Part shown: one piece after another, positions 12,566-25,793 of the stretch
Layout of the letters: each line of letters starts with the position of its first letter
Position numbering within the stretch: the first letter of the stretch is position 1
Origin: Aplysia californica
Taxonomy: Eukaryota
NCBI RefSeq assembly: GCF_000002075.1
Contig: NW_004797330.1
Location: 411,736 to 467,443 of the forward strand
Reading direction: 5' to 3'
DNA: 55,708 bases
The notes under the pieces: generated by a model
The model's input: the letters and a program-made list of their open reading frames with translations, nothing else
The model's database searches: none
Told to the model about the DNA's origin: nothing
Made by a program: the position numbers and the translations under genes

Positions 12566-13502
12566 CTAATCTGTCTCCACCGGTCACAATATCTGTCATG
12601 AGACGCATGAGACGCAGTGTGCTATAAGATCTAGATCTAGATACCTAGATCTATCAGCTACGAGGCTCGAAAGGCCAAAAAGTTGGCGCTTTTTCTGTAG
12701 TTCCCACCCCGCAATTGTTATATTCGCGGGTTTAGGCCCCAAGAGTAGGGTGGTTTCAGGGGGGCATGCCCCCCTGAATTTTACCACAATTTAATGTTTT
12801 GCAGTTGTTAGGTTTGATATCTTAGCTCGCCACGAATCAAACGTATAGATCTAGATCTAGATTCTAGATGTAGGTCAGGCTCAAATAAGGAGGGTGGGAA
12901 CTACCGAAAAAGCACCAAAAAGTTAACTTTCCATGAAATTTGTTGTTGTTGATCAATTGAAAGTTTCTTCTGCTTCATTTAAAATCAAAATAAACGAAAC
13001 GACTGTAATCGCCTGCCAATCAACTATGTCAAGCCTCTATAGATCTAGATCAATTCTAAGAAGACACCCATTAGCCCCATTACTATGGAACCATGTTGCT
13101 CAACTTCGGAGGCCATTTTCTCCTTTTCGTGATTCCTCACCTTGCTCAATTAAAAGTTCTGTATTTTTGTCAAATATGGTCATATACTTCATTCTTGTTT
13201 TAAATTGTACGCCAAAGGAAAAGGTGATATTTGAAAATAATGTTTACTCAGTTGAAATTTCCTTCATACTGATACTGACCGGCAGGGACACATTTAAGCT
13301 TTATTGTGTTTTTTGGGGTGGCTGCTCATTACAGAAGTCCTTCCGATGCATCTAGAATCTAGATCATAGTTGTGTTATTTTACTACTAATGGACCCGTCT
13401 CAACAAATAGAATCTACGTTTTGTGTACTGGTAAAGCTATTCTGGTAAGCCGCTATTCTGGTTAGTTTGGTTTTATTTTGCTGAGCTGGAACACTTCCTT
13501 CC

Positions 13503-14622
13503 GGGCCATAGACACTAACGTCTCATGCCTGATGATGATGCCTCACGGCCCACTGGACCCTAGGGGCTCATGCTTTACGCCTCACACACCAGTCTGGGTA
13601 TTTTTTTACTTTCCCTCCCGTCTCACACTTAGCTACCAGTTGTCCATATTCTACTAGACTAAATACTGGTGTGCTGAACACGAGAATATCAACTTCATTT
13701 CCGTCGCAAATTAATAGTTTTATATTTGATTGTTCTTAATCGAGATAGACGTGCTTTGGACCAATGGAGAGGGGAGGGGGGGGGGGGTCCAGGTGGGCCT
13801 GCCCCACTGGGGTGAAAGAAAATTTGGGGGGTCACAAGGGCGCACACCCCCTTGTTTTAACCCATAATTTGATATTTTAGTTAGATTTTTTTAAATTTAA
13901 AAAAAATTGATTTGAGAAAGTTTTAGTGGCAATTTATTGTGATCTGCAGCAAACCATACTGCAGTTTTACCCTTGGAACAATGCATCTGTGTGCGGAAGT
14001 GAAAGTAAAAATTTACCCCAGTCTGTGTGGTGTGATGCATTCAAGATGGAATCACTTGACCAAGAAGATTTGCTGATTTTGTTGTTGCTCAGAAGAAGGA
14101 AGCGAAAGAGACGGAGCAATATGGTGCCTCAAGCATTTTTTGCTCAGAGAATCCAGAGGATAACTTCACTGGACATTCCAGCATAGACATTCCAGCATAT
14201 CGTGGACAATCCTGATGAAGAGCTCTTTTACAGTAGTCAGCATCTTGGAAAGGTTTTCCCAAACTTGTGCCCTTTGATCTTTGTCTTTGTAGTCAGGATC
14301 ATGTGGGTCTCAGAGTAGAGGCCTTGCTTGGACTAACTTGATTTCTTTGTTATTGTCCATCCTGACGAGAAAATTAAAATTGCACATTGTTGGCAACGGC
14401 ATCTGGCCCACGTCTAGCTCTACTGATAAAATAGTTTGCCCACGACTCCAGAAAAGTGAACATGTTCACTTCCAGGCTCACGCCTTGATCTGTGAAGTGT
14501 GAAGGGTGAGTGGAGGTCTGTGGCCCATCGCAAGTAAGTTTAGTAAGATTACTTGAGTTCATTTTTCCACTCATTCGTTTAGACGTGGAGCATGAGACAT
14601 GATTCGCGAGTTTCTATGGCCC
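13503..14622. mobile_element. Internally deleted PIF/Harbinger-type transposon
   Basis: TIRs gggccataga.act...gtctcatgc at both ends. The + strand at 14046 reads MESLDQEDLLILLLLRRRKRKRR (Harbinger transposase-like N-terminus). The - strand from 14360 reads MDNNKEIKLVQARPLL*DPHDPDYKDKDQRAQVWENLSKML (MADF-like). Confidence 0.7.
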
Positions 14623-14670
14623 TGAAGTCTAATGATAACATCACCATTATGACTTCATTTCTGCTACGTG

Positions 14671-14791
14671 AGGAATTCTGTAACAAGCAACCTCTATGAA
14701 ACACAGTAGATTAGGGTAGGGGTTGGGTTAGGGTTAGGTCTCTTCTTTATAAATTGTGTTTGTTGGGGTGGTCGCCTGTTACAAAAATCCT
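14671..14791. mobile_element. Small inverted-repeat-bounded element with telomere-like (TTAGGG) core
   Basis: Inverted pair aggaattctgtaacaagcaacc and ggtcgcctgttacaaaaatcct around ttagggtaggggttgggttagggttagg. A related half copy lies at about 10951-11010. Confidence 0.6.
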
Positions 14792-17605
14792 TCCTCTGCT
14801 GCAGCTGCCTTTTCTTTTTGAGCTTGTCTTGATAGCTTTTAACTCTTGTCCTGCGTCTGTGCTGAGATGCGAATCTTATCAGCAACCGATTACGTTGGAC
14901 GTTCCGGGCAGGCCGCCGGGGTCACTCAGTGTGTACTGTTGGTGTACAGTGCGGGCGTCGGGAAACATGTTTTTGCAGTGAATACCGTGGAAGTGTGTTA
15001 ATCGACGAAAAATAATGCTCTATCTTTCTTAGCTTTCTATAAAGTGTTACAAGCACATAATCTGATAAGACGTTACGAGTAGTTACACCCATTCGAATAA
15101 TAACCTTTCTAGACGCTCTTGTTGTTTATGAATGACCTGGTTCCAAAGAGGATAATATAGGTCAATTTCCGAATGTTTTGCCCTCAAATTGTTCTTTGTG
15201 CCTGCACAATGGTATTAAAAATTATCAAATAAAAGCTTATTTTTTATCAGGTAGTATCATTTCATATAAAATCAAGCTCATTTTAAAGATTTTGTATAAG
15301 AAAAATGGAAGTCTTGTTTCCTGACTATCCTTTCGATCTCCTCATGTCTAAGGGGGTCAATTTGCTCTATAATTTCATTGAATGAACATCTAGAGCTACC
15401 AACTTGGCCTGTTTTGAATGAGACATGTATGGTAGCAATGACCACAAAAAATCTTTTTTTGTCAAAGAAAGTGTTTGCAAATAGGTGCATTTTGTTGTTG
15501 TATCCTCACAGAGCATGGGACTTTTTGAATTTTTGAAATCCATCAATAAACAAAAAAGTTACACATTTTTTAATCAAATAATTTTTGGTACACTTTTATA
15601 TAAAACCCCCCAAAATGTGGGACGTTCTTTAATGAGTTTTGAGACAATTAACTCGCTCATTTCTCGGAGTATGTACATATATATGTCACAAATTTTCCTC
15701 AACACCACAGCTAAATGATCGCCTAAGAAACACGATTCAAGAGACAGGAATGAGTAGTTTTTGGGACTCATGTGGAGACATCTAGACTGCTGTGGGATGA
15801 ATTCTAGTATATATAGCAAGTACACTGAAATGTGGGGGCAGGGTGTGTCACAGCTCAAAATGAGCAATTTGGTTGGTGGCAAGATTACTGTACTGTAAGT
15901 TATTTTTAATTTAGTGATCCTGTGTATGCATCCAAAGAGCGGTTTTTAATAAAAGTAAAAGGGGGGGGGGGGGAGTTAAAAATAATGCTTCAGTTTGGAA
16001 GAAAGTAGGCCTAGGCCTGTGTACTGTATTGTATAATTATGATTTTTTAAAGTTGTATGTATATGTAGTTTAGTGTAAAAGTAAAAATATGTCCCGATAC
16101 CATTACCATATCAGTACAGTGAAACCTATGCAAGACGGAATGTCAAGGAAGCCGTAAAAAAATACTTCGTCATAGACATGCATTCACTGTCTTGGACAAG
16201 GGAATTTATAGGCAGGGGGGTCCAGAGGGTCAGGGGGCAGGGGGGGGCTCTGATAGTGATAATGGCATGTCTATCAATCTTACTAATCCACAGCCCCCGG
16301 TTCTTACGTCTCATTTTAAACCATTGTTTGACTAGTTACAAGCAGACACGATTGTCAAACAACTTTGTTTCCACCCTTAGCTGTACTCGTCAGTGCAATA
16401 CAATCAACTAATGCCACCCCTCCCCTGCCTTTGAAAAATGATTTGGGCAGCTTTTTTCTTGGCTGGCTGTATGATCAAGGCAGCAAGCAGTGGTGAAATT
16501 TCATATTTCTCATGCCAGTGAACTAATTTATAAATTTGAACGTAAACAGCCTTGTGATCACAGCTGTACTATCCTGACCATTTGCCCTCTCAGGGCTCAC
16601 ATGGTTGGAATAACAGTTTATAGCTACCCCCCAAACTGCAACTCCCCCCCCCCCCACCCCCCAATCGCCTGGTGGCTTGGTTTTACATAGAACTGGGAAT
16701 GGGAGCCGGTGGAATGGAAGTTGGGACGTTTTATTTCAAATCAGGGTTGAACGGGCAAAGCATTCTTTTCCCATATTCAATAAGTCAAAACCTTCCTTAG
16801 TCCTAAGGGAAGGAATTCTCTGTGTCCATTTTTGGGTTTTGTTGTCCTAAAGTATAGATCATATGATAATATAATAATTTATCAAAGGGGGAGTGGGGAG
16901 ATGAACTGTCGTGACAGCTTTCCCTCTTGGAGAAGTTTCCATTATAATGGCAGGTTTGACTGTACTTTTTGATTAATTAATTGTGTTGTAGATTAACAGA
17001 GAAGGGGACTCGCTATTTGGCCAGGTTCAGATTCATTCTTTTACTTTTGTCAATTTCAAGTGGTAATAAATGGCAAACGTTATCTCTGAAGAGAGTTGGA
17101 CACATGTTGGATTTACAGAAAAAAGGGACTGATACTCAATGCTGTATTTGGCAAGTGTAAAAATTCTCTCCTTTGATTCTGGGAATGCGCTCTGCGCTGC
17201 TCTACACTGTCGATGGGGGAATGCGCTCTGCAGGGTTGATGGCATTTTATCACTGTTTATTATGAAGGTGGTAATTTAAACGTTTTTTGATTGAATGTTT
17301 TAGTTTTGACATTGAATCTGATATTCATTTGAGAATATGATAAATTAAGGCGTGTCAGGTTGGAGAATATAATAAATTAAGGTGTGTCAGGTAAGATATT
17401 TGTAATTTGAAGAAATATTTTGGTACAAATCTGTTACTTGTGAATTGTAAATTACTTATGAATTGATATCATGATTTGGACATGAAGTCTAAGACCTGTT
17501 TTACATGTTCAAACTCAAACGATAGGGAATTTTCAGATCCACATATGCTTAGGTTTCAATGATTGTAAACCGTTGTTTTTTATGGTTCACCTTGCTTTCT
17601 TTCAG

Positions 17606-17747
17606 ATGTGTGGAGCCTGGGTGTTATCCTCTTTATGTTGGTTGCTGGTCGTGCTCCTTTCCAGGAAGCTAATGATAGTGAAACGTTGACCATGATTATG
17701 GACTGTAAATATCAGATACCTCCGCAAGTATCGGCTCAATGTCGCAG
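17606..17747 (+). CDS. SNRK: SNRK coding exon 2
   Basis: ttcag| acceptor and |gtatgt donor. Reads (D)[46 protein letters not shown] in the correct phase; 142 nt. Confidence 0.96.
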
Positions 17748-18419
17748 GTATGTGTTTTACTTTGATGACTTTACACTTCATTTTTAAAGGGCTAAAGAGT
17801 TTTATGCAGTTTATATTATAATGTAGCATTATTTAGAAAGATTGTTATTTTAATCCATAAAAAGAGATCTGGGTGGTCAATTCTGTAAACAGCAGAAAGT
17901 TGTAAGTTAAGTTCTTTTTTTATTCCTTTTCTCTTCACAAGGTTGGGGTGGGGGGTGGGGGGAGTTGTGGCTTTTGTGTTTTGGTTAGGGGTATTATTTA
18001 TGTCTATGTAAGTTAATTAAATATTTAAAGCCAAGCTCACAGAAGAGTAGTAAGTTTTGATAAAATAATAATTTACAATTTTTCTTTATTTTTGCAGTTA
18101 GTATTATTTAAACATCATAATCCTTATAATTTAAAAGCATATGTGGTTATAAGTTTCTCACTGATGATTCACATAGCCATCTGTAACACATGGTGGGTTA
18201 TTGGCCGCTGTTCAACAAATTGTATTGAATTAACATTTTTTTTTTCAGCATTATGATGATATAATTAATCACCAGAGAATGGTCGATTTTTAGTCTTTGT
18301 AGCACAGATAATTATTTGTTGGAGAGTTTCTAGCATTAGTATCACAGTGCCTAGAACTAGGCCTATTGAATTCCATGAATTCTCTATGTCCCCCCCCACC
18401 CATTCCCAAGGCGGTGCTA

Positions 18420-18535
18420 GTGACTGAAGTGTCTTTAGGCCATTCCAAAGGGGGAACATTAGTATGTTCTTCATCAATGTCATGCTCATATCTGTGCCTG
18501 CACTGCAACAGGGAACTGCTGTTTTTTCTTAGACA
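18420..18535 (+). repeat. Dispersed repeat, second copy at about 51541-51675
   Basis: The two copies share tgactg.agtgtct(t)taggccatt..caaaggggg.acatt and caacagggaactgctg.tttttctt. Confidence 0.7.
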
Positions 18536-19456
18536 GTTCCATGCCTGAATATGAAACAAATATATTTATGATTTATAAGTAAACTATACTATAAACCCTG
18601 AGATGAACAGAGAAGATTGTAGTCTTAAGTTACAGCTATGGGGCATTTAGTATTGGATAATTCCATATGTGAGGCATTGTGGTGAAATCAGGCACTCGTT
18701 GAAATAATGAAATCGAAGAAACTGACCTTTTTCCTCCAGTTTGGCAATTTTTATTGAATTTTTGTATTTTGATTCATCTCATTGTATGTCGTAAAACACA
18801 TTTTTGTGTGAATTCTATGGAAAAACGTTGATTAATGGCACAAAATCTGTAAATTTTCAGTTTTCAAGGACTCTCAAGTCTCAAGCTATAGAAGTAACCA
18901 AACTTTGACAGCCATTTTCACACCAATTTTATCTCTGAAACCAGGCCACCCCCACCTCCTTCAATCACAAATACCCCCACTTCTATTCAATATAGATGGG
19001 TATTTTTTTCATAGAAAGCAAAGCAAATGAATAAGCTTTCAGACGATACCAATAACTCCACATGTCCAAAAATTGACGCGCGCCTGTTGTGACACATGTG
19101 TACAGATTTTTTTTGAGATGTAGATGCCTCTTCACTTTCCTGCTGTCCCAATGCAGAGGGAGCGATGTATCTTACACAAACTCAAGTTTTTTTTGTTTTA
19201 TTTTGTTACCCAAATTTTGCCCATTTCCTTTTTGTTTAAAAGGTGGGATGGTGTATCTACATCCAAATTAATAGTTTCAACTATGTTTAGAAGCAAAATC
19301 CGTTACAGGTTTAGGGTCCAAAGTTTTTTTCCATTTTTCTTGAAATCATGAAATGTGCAGTTATGTCACCCCGCCTTTGGATGGCTGTTAGCTTTGTAAT
19401 TTTATATTTCTTCCAGTGGGGAAGACGTTAAAAACATATTTGAGTTTCTTTCACAG

Positions 19457-19672
19457 TTTGATCACAAGAATGCTAGTAAGGGAGCCGTCTCAGCGGATTA
19501 ACCTTCAGGACATTGAACAAGACCCCTGGCTCGGGGATGTTGACAGTCCGGACAGTGGACTCAGGATCAGTTTGCCTCTGCTTTCAAGAGAGCATGTGTC
19601 TGAGGAGGATCACAACTATGTAGTACAGAAGATGGTTGAGGGAAAGATTTGTTCCAGAGACGAGATATTTCA
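19457..19672 (+). CDS. SNRK: SNRK coding exon 3 (end of kinase domain, start of UBA-like domain)
   Basis: tcacag| and |gtgagt. Reads LITRMLVREPSQRINLQDIEQDPWL...VSEEDHNYVVQKMVEG; phase 2-2. Confidence 0.95.
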
Positions 19673-19977
19673 GTGAGTACAATGTTTAATGAATTGCTTC
19701 TCTTTTTATATTACATAAGACAAGAATTGTATGACCACATTGTGTTGCAGGCAATTAGGTTTTGGTTTAAGGCCTATGTTAAAAAAAGCAGGATCAAATT
19801 CAGGTTCATGAAAATTTATGTAAGCAACAGTAATGCTATTTGCTTTGTACTCATTTAAAAATGTTAAAAGTTCATGAAGTCATGTGTATCAGTCTTTAAC
19901 AAAACCCAAAGTTAAAGTTTCTAACCTTGTTTTTCAAGGAACTTTGTTAAAAACCTTTTTACAACTGTGGCTTGCAG

Positions 19978-20166
19978 ATCTCTTGAACGTGATGCATACG
20001 ACCACATTGCTGCCACATATTACTTGCTGGTGGAGCGGAGGCTGCGCAAATTGCAACAACAGGAGGTAGCTGCTAGCTCAGCCAACAACCTGCGTAAACA
20101 GTCAGCACCTTCCACTAACATCGCTGCTGGGAAGCCCCACTTGGAGCCACTTATGCTGTCACCACG
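19978..20166 (+). CDS. SNRK: SNRK coding exon 4 (end of UBA-like domain)
   Basis: ttgcag| and CG|gtatgt. Reads SLERDAYDHIAATYYLLVERRLRK; ends in phase 2. Confidence 0.93.
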
Positions 20167-22584
20167 GTATGTCGTACTGGTTAAGTCGAAAGAAAATTAT
20201 TTTTTTTCACCAGCTCCGTGCCTGTTGTCTAACTCTTGTCTGTTCTGTGTTTCAGATACTATAAAGGTTCTTCACCTTCCCTGTATACATATGTCTTATC
20301 TTTTGATATCACCTCTCCTGTTTATTCATTGTTGCGTTTTGTCTTTAACTTTTGTCTTATCTTTGTTTTTTTCCAAGTTCTTAATCGATGCTAACTTTAT
20401 TTTATCTGAACTTAATACTGTGCATCTACATTCGTCATTTGAGGCCCTATATGTATTAAATGGGATGCAACTGGACATATTTATTGTCTGTATTTTGTAA
20501 AATTAGGTACAGATGTTAGGCTTAGTGAAAAAGAGTCAACTTCCACAGTGTGTGTGTACGAGTCTTGAAGGACTGCATATAAAAGTTTCAACGTTTTATC
20601 CAAAAAATGGCTGAAAAAGTCTTGAATTCATGAAAGATGACAATTTACTTAATAAAACGTGAATAAATATCTCAATACGAATTGTTAGGTATTTTTGTTT
20701 GAATAGTAAGCCTGTTCTTTCCAAGATAAGGACTGATAAAAAAAATTGTGCTCCCTCCTTTCTTTTGTCTTTCAGAAACATATAATTTTTTTACTACTTC
20801 CCCATCCCGTCTTTGTTAAAAAGTTGTTTATGAAGGAACAGAACGGCCACTTAATTATAATTCAGAATTTTTCATTATGAAGCTATTGTCTTGAATGTTT
20901 TCCTACCTTGAAATAGGATAACTTCTGTTGTTTCCAGTAACATTGGTTTCTTAAAGTTCCCAACATACTTAATGAATGTTGTAGTTTCTGTAATGTACTC
21001 ATGTTTGTGTTTGTCCTTTACAATTTATCCTCAGTTGGTTTTTAAATTTTGTTTGTTTTCCTATTTTGTTGTGTAGTATTTTGTCTTTCTCATTATTTTG
21101 CTGAAGATCTTAGATATCCTTACAAAATAATTATGTGGTATACTTGTAACCACCATTTATGAAATTGGATGTGGAGACAGTGATCCTTTTTTTATTATTT
21201 GTTAATTTTTTAGAGAAAGCAAGAATTCACCGCCTTTTTATCGTTCTTCAGTTTTTGCATATTGTTTGATTTCCGAATTCTTAGGATTTTTTTCTTTTGA
21301 TTTGTCTCATTTTTTGTTTGTTGCAGATTGATTTCATTTCCATAATATTCTGATTTGTTCTTGTTTCTTGAATCATTTCTTTGTTATGCGTTTTGACTGG
21401 CATGAGATTGAATGGTCACAAGTTTTTAGTTTGTTATGTGGAATAAAATGTGGTTATGTGCGAAGTACTTTTTTTTATAATAGGTTTGTGGAGTTGTACG
21501 ATTAGTGTGGGCGTAAGTGTCCCCAAGATTTCTTGCACAAATCTTTTTTCAAAATGTAATGTATGAATGATAAAAAAGTTAAGACGAAAATATAATAAAG
21601 TTTTCTTTAAAATAATGTTTTGGGTTCAGTTGGACTTTACCTCTAGGAAAGGCAAGAGCATCAGAATGGTTAGGAAAAGGTTTAACTGGAATGGACAGAA
21701 TTGAATCTTAAATGCTGGAATGATTTTCATAGCAGGTTTTAGATATTATAATTTTGCTTTCCCAGTCTTGGTGTAAATGTTTGTGTTTTTATTGAAGTTT
21801 ATGGTTCATTAATTTCAGTTTTCTTTATCTTTTTTATATATAGGCAGTATGAAGGGCGCAATTTGCCTTAGTTGATATTTTGCTGGCTTCTTTTTAAAAT
21901 TTTGTTACCAATCCTTTGAGTGCAAGTGTCTTTCTGTGACTGTTCTGCCGTTACAATATATTGAAGTCCTCTTTTGAGATTCGTTTGATGCTATGATCAG
22001 CGTCACATGATCCTTTCTTTTTTCCTATCAGGTTGTGTGTTAGGATGCTGGTAGCATATATAGAGCTCATCCAACACAGCACAAAAGTGTTTTTGTGTTT
22101 GTGTGTATCTGAAGGTGCATACACTAATACACGAGTACACTGTGCTGAAACTCACCTTTCCATAAATGTATCTGCTTTTCTCTTCTCCTCTTTCTTTCTT
22201 TGGGCTCTCTCTCTCACTCACCCGATCCTTTTCTTTAAGGCCAGCCCTTCCCTCCCACTCAAGAGACTTTACATTTAAGTTTAAGGTTTTTTACGTCTTG
22301 ACACACTTTCCCCTCTTTCAGCGTTACTTAAATAATGTATTTTTTTCTATGAGACATGTCGTCTGATATGCTTTATAAATTATCGTAAGTTCAGTGACGT
22401 CAATTATGCAGCTTTTCCGAACATTCCACTATAATGTTAACATTTATGTTGTGTTATTGCTCTTGCCCCGCTGTATTTTTAAGAAGCATGTCTCTGATGG
22501 AGGAACAGTAGCACCACCCATGAATCTGTGTTGAAAACAGACCAGTAGGTCTTATTTTATTTTTATTTCCCCCAAGTTAGTATA

Positions 22585-23131
22585 CAGTGGAGCCGACTTC
22601 AATGAGCTAAGAACTTGCCACTGTGGGGCTGTTGGCCACAGATTTGACTGTCTCTCACAAGTTTGGGATCAGGATTTAAATGAGATCTGTGTTTTGCCTG
22701 TCTTTCCTTGAATATTTTTGCTCTCAGCTTAGTGCTTTGCCTTTAGAAGTAGTAACATTTTGTGTTAAAAGATTATTGAGCTTCAGCTGCTGCTACGGAA
22801 CTTGCAAAGAGCACAGTAGGTTTAAAGATGCGATATTTGTGGTCAGATTCCAAATTGTTTGTACATGGTGATAAAAAAAAACGACAACTTTTTTTCTAAA
22901 TATCTCGCACTAAATTTATACTAAAATCTTGTAGTTTGGAACAGATAAAATTCATTCAAAAGGAATTTGTTTGATGAAAATCCACAAAGAAGTAACTTAT
23001 TTTCGAAAACGAAATTGGCGTTTATAAAAACCGCCTATAGATGCAAAATGCACCAGTTTAAAAGGTCTTATAAGGCCTCAAAAGTCACAGAATTCTGGTT
23101 CATGTGAGCTCTTTCCAAGTGGACTCCACTG
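22585..23131. mobile_element. Tc1/mariner-type MITE
   Basis: TA|cagtggagccgacttcaatgagct ... agctctttccaagtggactccactg|TA. Confidence 0.8.
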
Positions 23132-23981
23132 TATTTTCATCAGCCTCCTTGCACCTGTTTACTTGCAGTTAGTATAGCAAATATGTTGAAATGAAAATCT
23201 AGCCATGATGTATGAAAGTCATTTTGGATTTTGCTTAGAACTCAGATAAGGGAAGGACATTTTGTTGTTTGCTTTCCTTTGAAATTAGTCAATATATAGA
23301 TTCTGGAGAATTTCTAGCCTAGGTCACCAAGAGATCCTATTCACCTTTGTCTTTAAAAAAGAAATCCATAGGGTTTGGTGTTGAAAAAAAAATGACAGTG
23401 ATTTTGAAAGGACTTGAAAGGACTTCCTACAGGTCTTTATTTAATTGTCAGTGAGGCCCATATTTTCGTGGAAGATTGAAGGAAAACAAGAAAAGTTGCT
23501 GTTGTAAATGACAGCCTCCTGCCGTTCAACCTATTTTTGTATTTTCATGATTATTTTTCTTTTTTGCAAGCCTTAGTTTTTAAAAATCCCTGTTGAATTT
23601 AAAAAGAACTTTTGGGATTGGAGGGGGGGAGGTAACCGTTACAAACTTTCAGATTTAACAGTTTTTTGTGGGTCTTATCACTATCAAAAGGTGAACTGCA
23701 ATGTAAAAGTAGGTGGCTGGAACCTGCGGACAATAGTACAGAGGGGTAATAAAAATAGTTAAAATTTGTTTTTAACAGAACATCTTAAAACAAAAGTAGC
23801 CTTGGTTAGGGTTAATCCCATCCTCCGAATCCAGCCAACAATGAAAATGACAACTGAGGCTTGCTCTAGCTGTTTTTTGAGTTTCTCTTTATTTCACAGG
23901 TTCGCACTTTACCTCATTGTTGTTATTCTTGATGTCAGACTTGTATGTTTCTTTATTGAACTGTAATTTCCTTTTCTCTAG

Positions 23982-24525
23982 CAAGCAAAAGGAAATGAAG
24001 AAGACCAAAACTGCCCCAGTGCATAAATGTGGTGGTATCCCCCCTACCCTGGTGATTACTCCGCCTATAGTGGAGGAGCCTGGCGCTCGGGGCGTGGGCT
24101 CGGCTGCTGTCAGTCCTGGGGGGCCTGACTTTGTCAAAAGCCTCACCACCAGCATGACCCTTGACAGACGCACCAACCACCGGAAGAAGCTGGAAGGTCC
24201 CTCTCAGCACCGCATGACCATGTCGGCCAACCTGGGGCTGCCCAGCCCAGCCTCTGCCCCGGCCTCTGCTCCGAGTGGCCCTCTCATACCCAAGATGGAC
24301 GAAAAGGGCAAACCTCAGCAGCGTGTTCGGTCGGCACCCCTCACCACGCACGAAGGGGTCAAGGCTGTGGTGGCCAAAAAGAAGTCATCGGCACCGTCTT
24401 TCTCCAAAATAGCCATATTGAGCTCGTTCTTTGAGCGCAAAGCAGCACAGGAATCCGGCGCGTTGCCACCCCCACAGCCCCACCAGAGACTCTTCCCTTG
24501 GATGGGGGGACGCGACAGAAAGTAG
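23982..24525 (+). CDS. SNRK: Candidate alternative SNRK exon (terminal, or a 540-nt cassette ending at 24521)
   Basis: GC-rich island in a T-rich intron with a strong acceptor cttttctctag|. In phase with exon 4, about 180 open codons, P/S/K-rich. A possible phase-2 donor AA|gtaggc overlaps the stop. Confidence 0.7.
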
Positions 24526-25793
24526 GCGTTTTTCCACCCCCCCTCACCAATCCCTACCCAATGCATTGAGCACTTCACTTTAGTTCACGCAGAGATATTT
24601 TTCTACCTTTGGTTTTTTTTTTTTACTTTTCTTTTTTTCTTTTGGTACTTGGATGACCTCCTTGTGTTTCAGTTTAGGGCATGCTGCCTGCTTTGCTATA
24701 CAATGTGGGATCTGTCCTGCCTTAAAGTTGTGTGCTGAGTGGGTGGAACTTTTGCCCTTGTGAATAATTCTCTGTCCTACACTTTTTGAGTTTGTACTTC
24801 TTGTTTCAGAGTATGGTGGTACTTTTCCTGAGTTTGCACTGATTTTACTTCCCAGTCGTTTGAAGTGTTGGCTTTCTTACTCCGGCATGATTTGAATAGG
24901 TGTTGTGGACATACATATGAATGCTGCCAGTATTGTGGATCCGTCAGTATCGCTATGCGCGCAGTAACGCTTTTTTGGTTTTCTCAAGTTTCAGAGAATA
25001 TTATAATTTTTTGTCATATGTGGCGTTTGGGTGTTGCTTTTTTCTCTTTCATCATAGGATTGGCTTTGTGCAGTGGATGTAGGGCCTACAAGTTAAAGCA
25101 TGCATTTGGAAGAACAAGATATATGAAGTTTTCTGAACAAAAAGGGAAAGGAATGAAATATATATCTATTTTTATTTTTAGAGGGCAGGGGTTGTACATT
25201 TTTGTAACGTATTTAATTGGGGTTTTTCGTCAGACATTGCACAAAAGTCCTGCCTTGGCTTTTTCTTTCCTCAGCAAACAGGTGGCATCTGTGCTGCTTG
25301 CACAGGTCATTTGACCCATAAACAGTTGGAAGGAGTCCTTGGCTTGAGCAAGGACTAGAAATCCTTAGGTTTGGTCCCATGTCTCATAATGTTTGTGTTT
25401 CTCATCATGGAGAATGCAAACCTTAATTTATGCAATAGCATTTCTTTGCTGTCGTCATAATTTGGAGTCAGTGGCTGATTTCTTTTCTTTTCTTTTTTTC
25501 CCTGCTTGATGTAATTTTGGAATGGTCATTTTCGAAGTTCATAATTGCTTTATTATTCTGTCATTTTTTAATTTATCTTTTATTGTTGTTCTATTCTCCT
25601 TTAATACTCAATTTTGGTCTGCTCTCTGTGTTCTTTTTTGCTGTCATTGTCTTTTTACGGACAGCTTAATCCACTTCTGTGTTGACTCAATGGAATTTTG
25701 ACTTGTTATTTTTATATTGAAGATTTCTAAAAATGCTTGTTACAAATCATCACAGCTGTATGCTCAGTATATGCCATATCCACCCTCTCCTAG

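Noticed and set aside
16117-16962. Possible pogo-like MITE (cagtgaaacct ... aggtttgactg, TA flanks)
   Set aside because: The TIR match is only about 10 bp, and the two ends may belong to different elements.
20167-20500. Hydrophobic read-through of exon 4 (apparent TM tail)
   Set aside because: Phe/Leu richness is expected from a T-rich intron, and a good donor exists at 20167. It cannot be excluded as intron retention but has no positive support.
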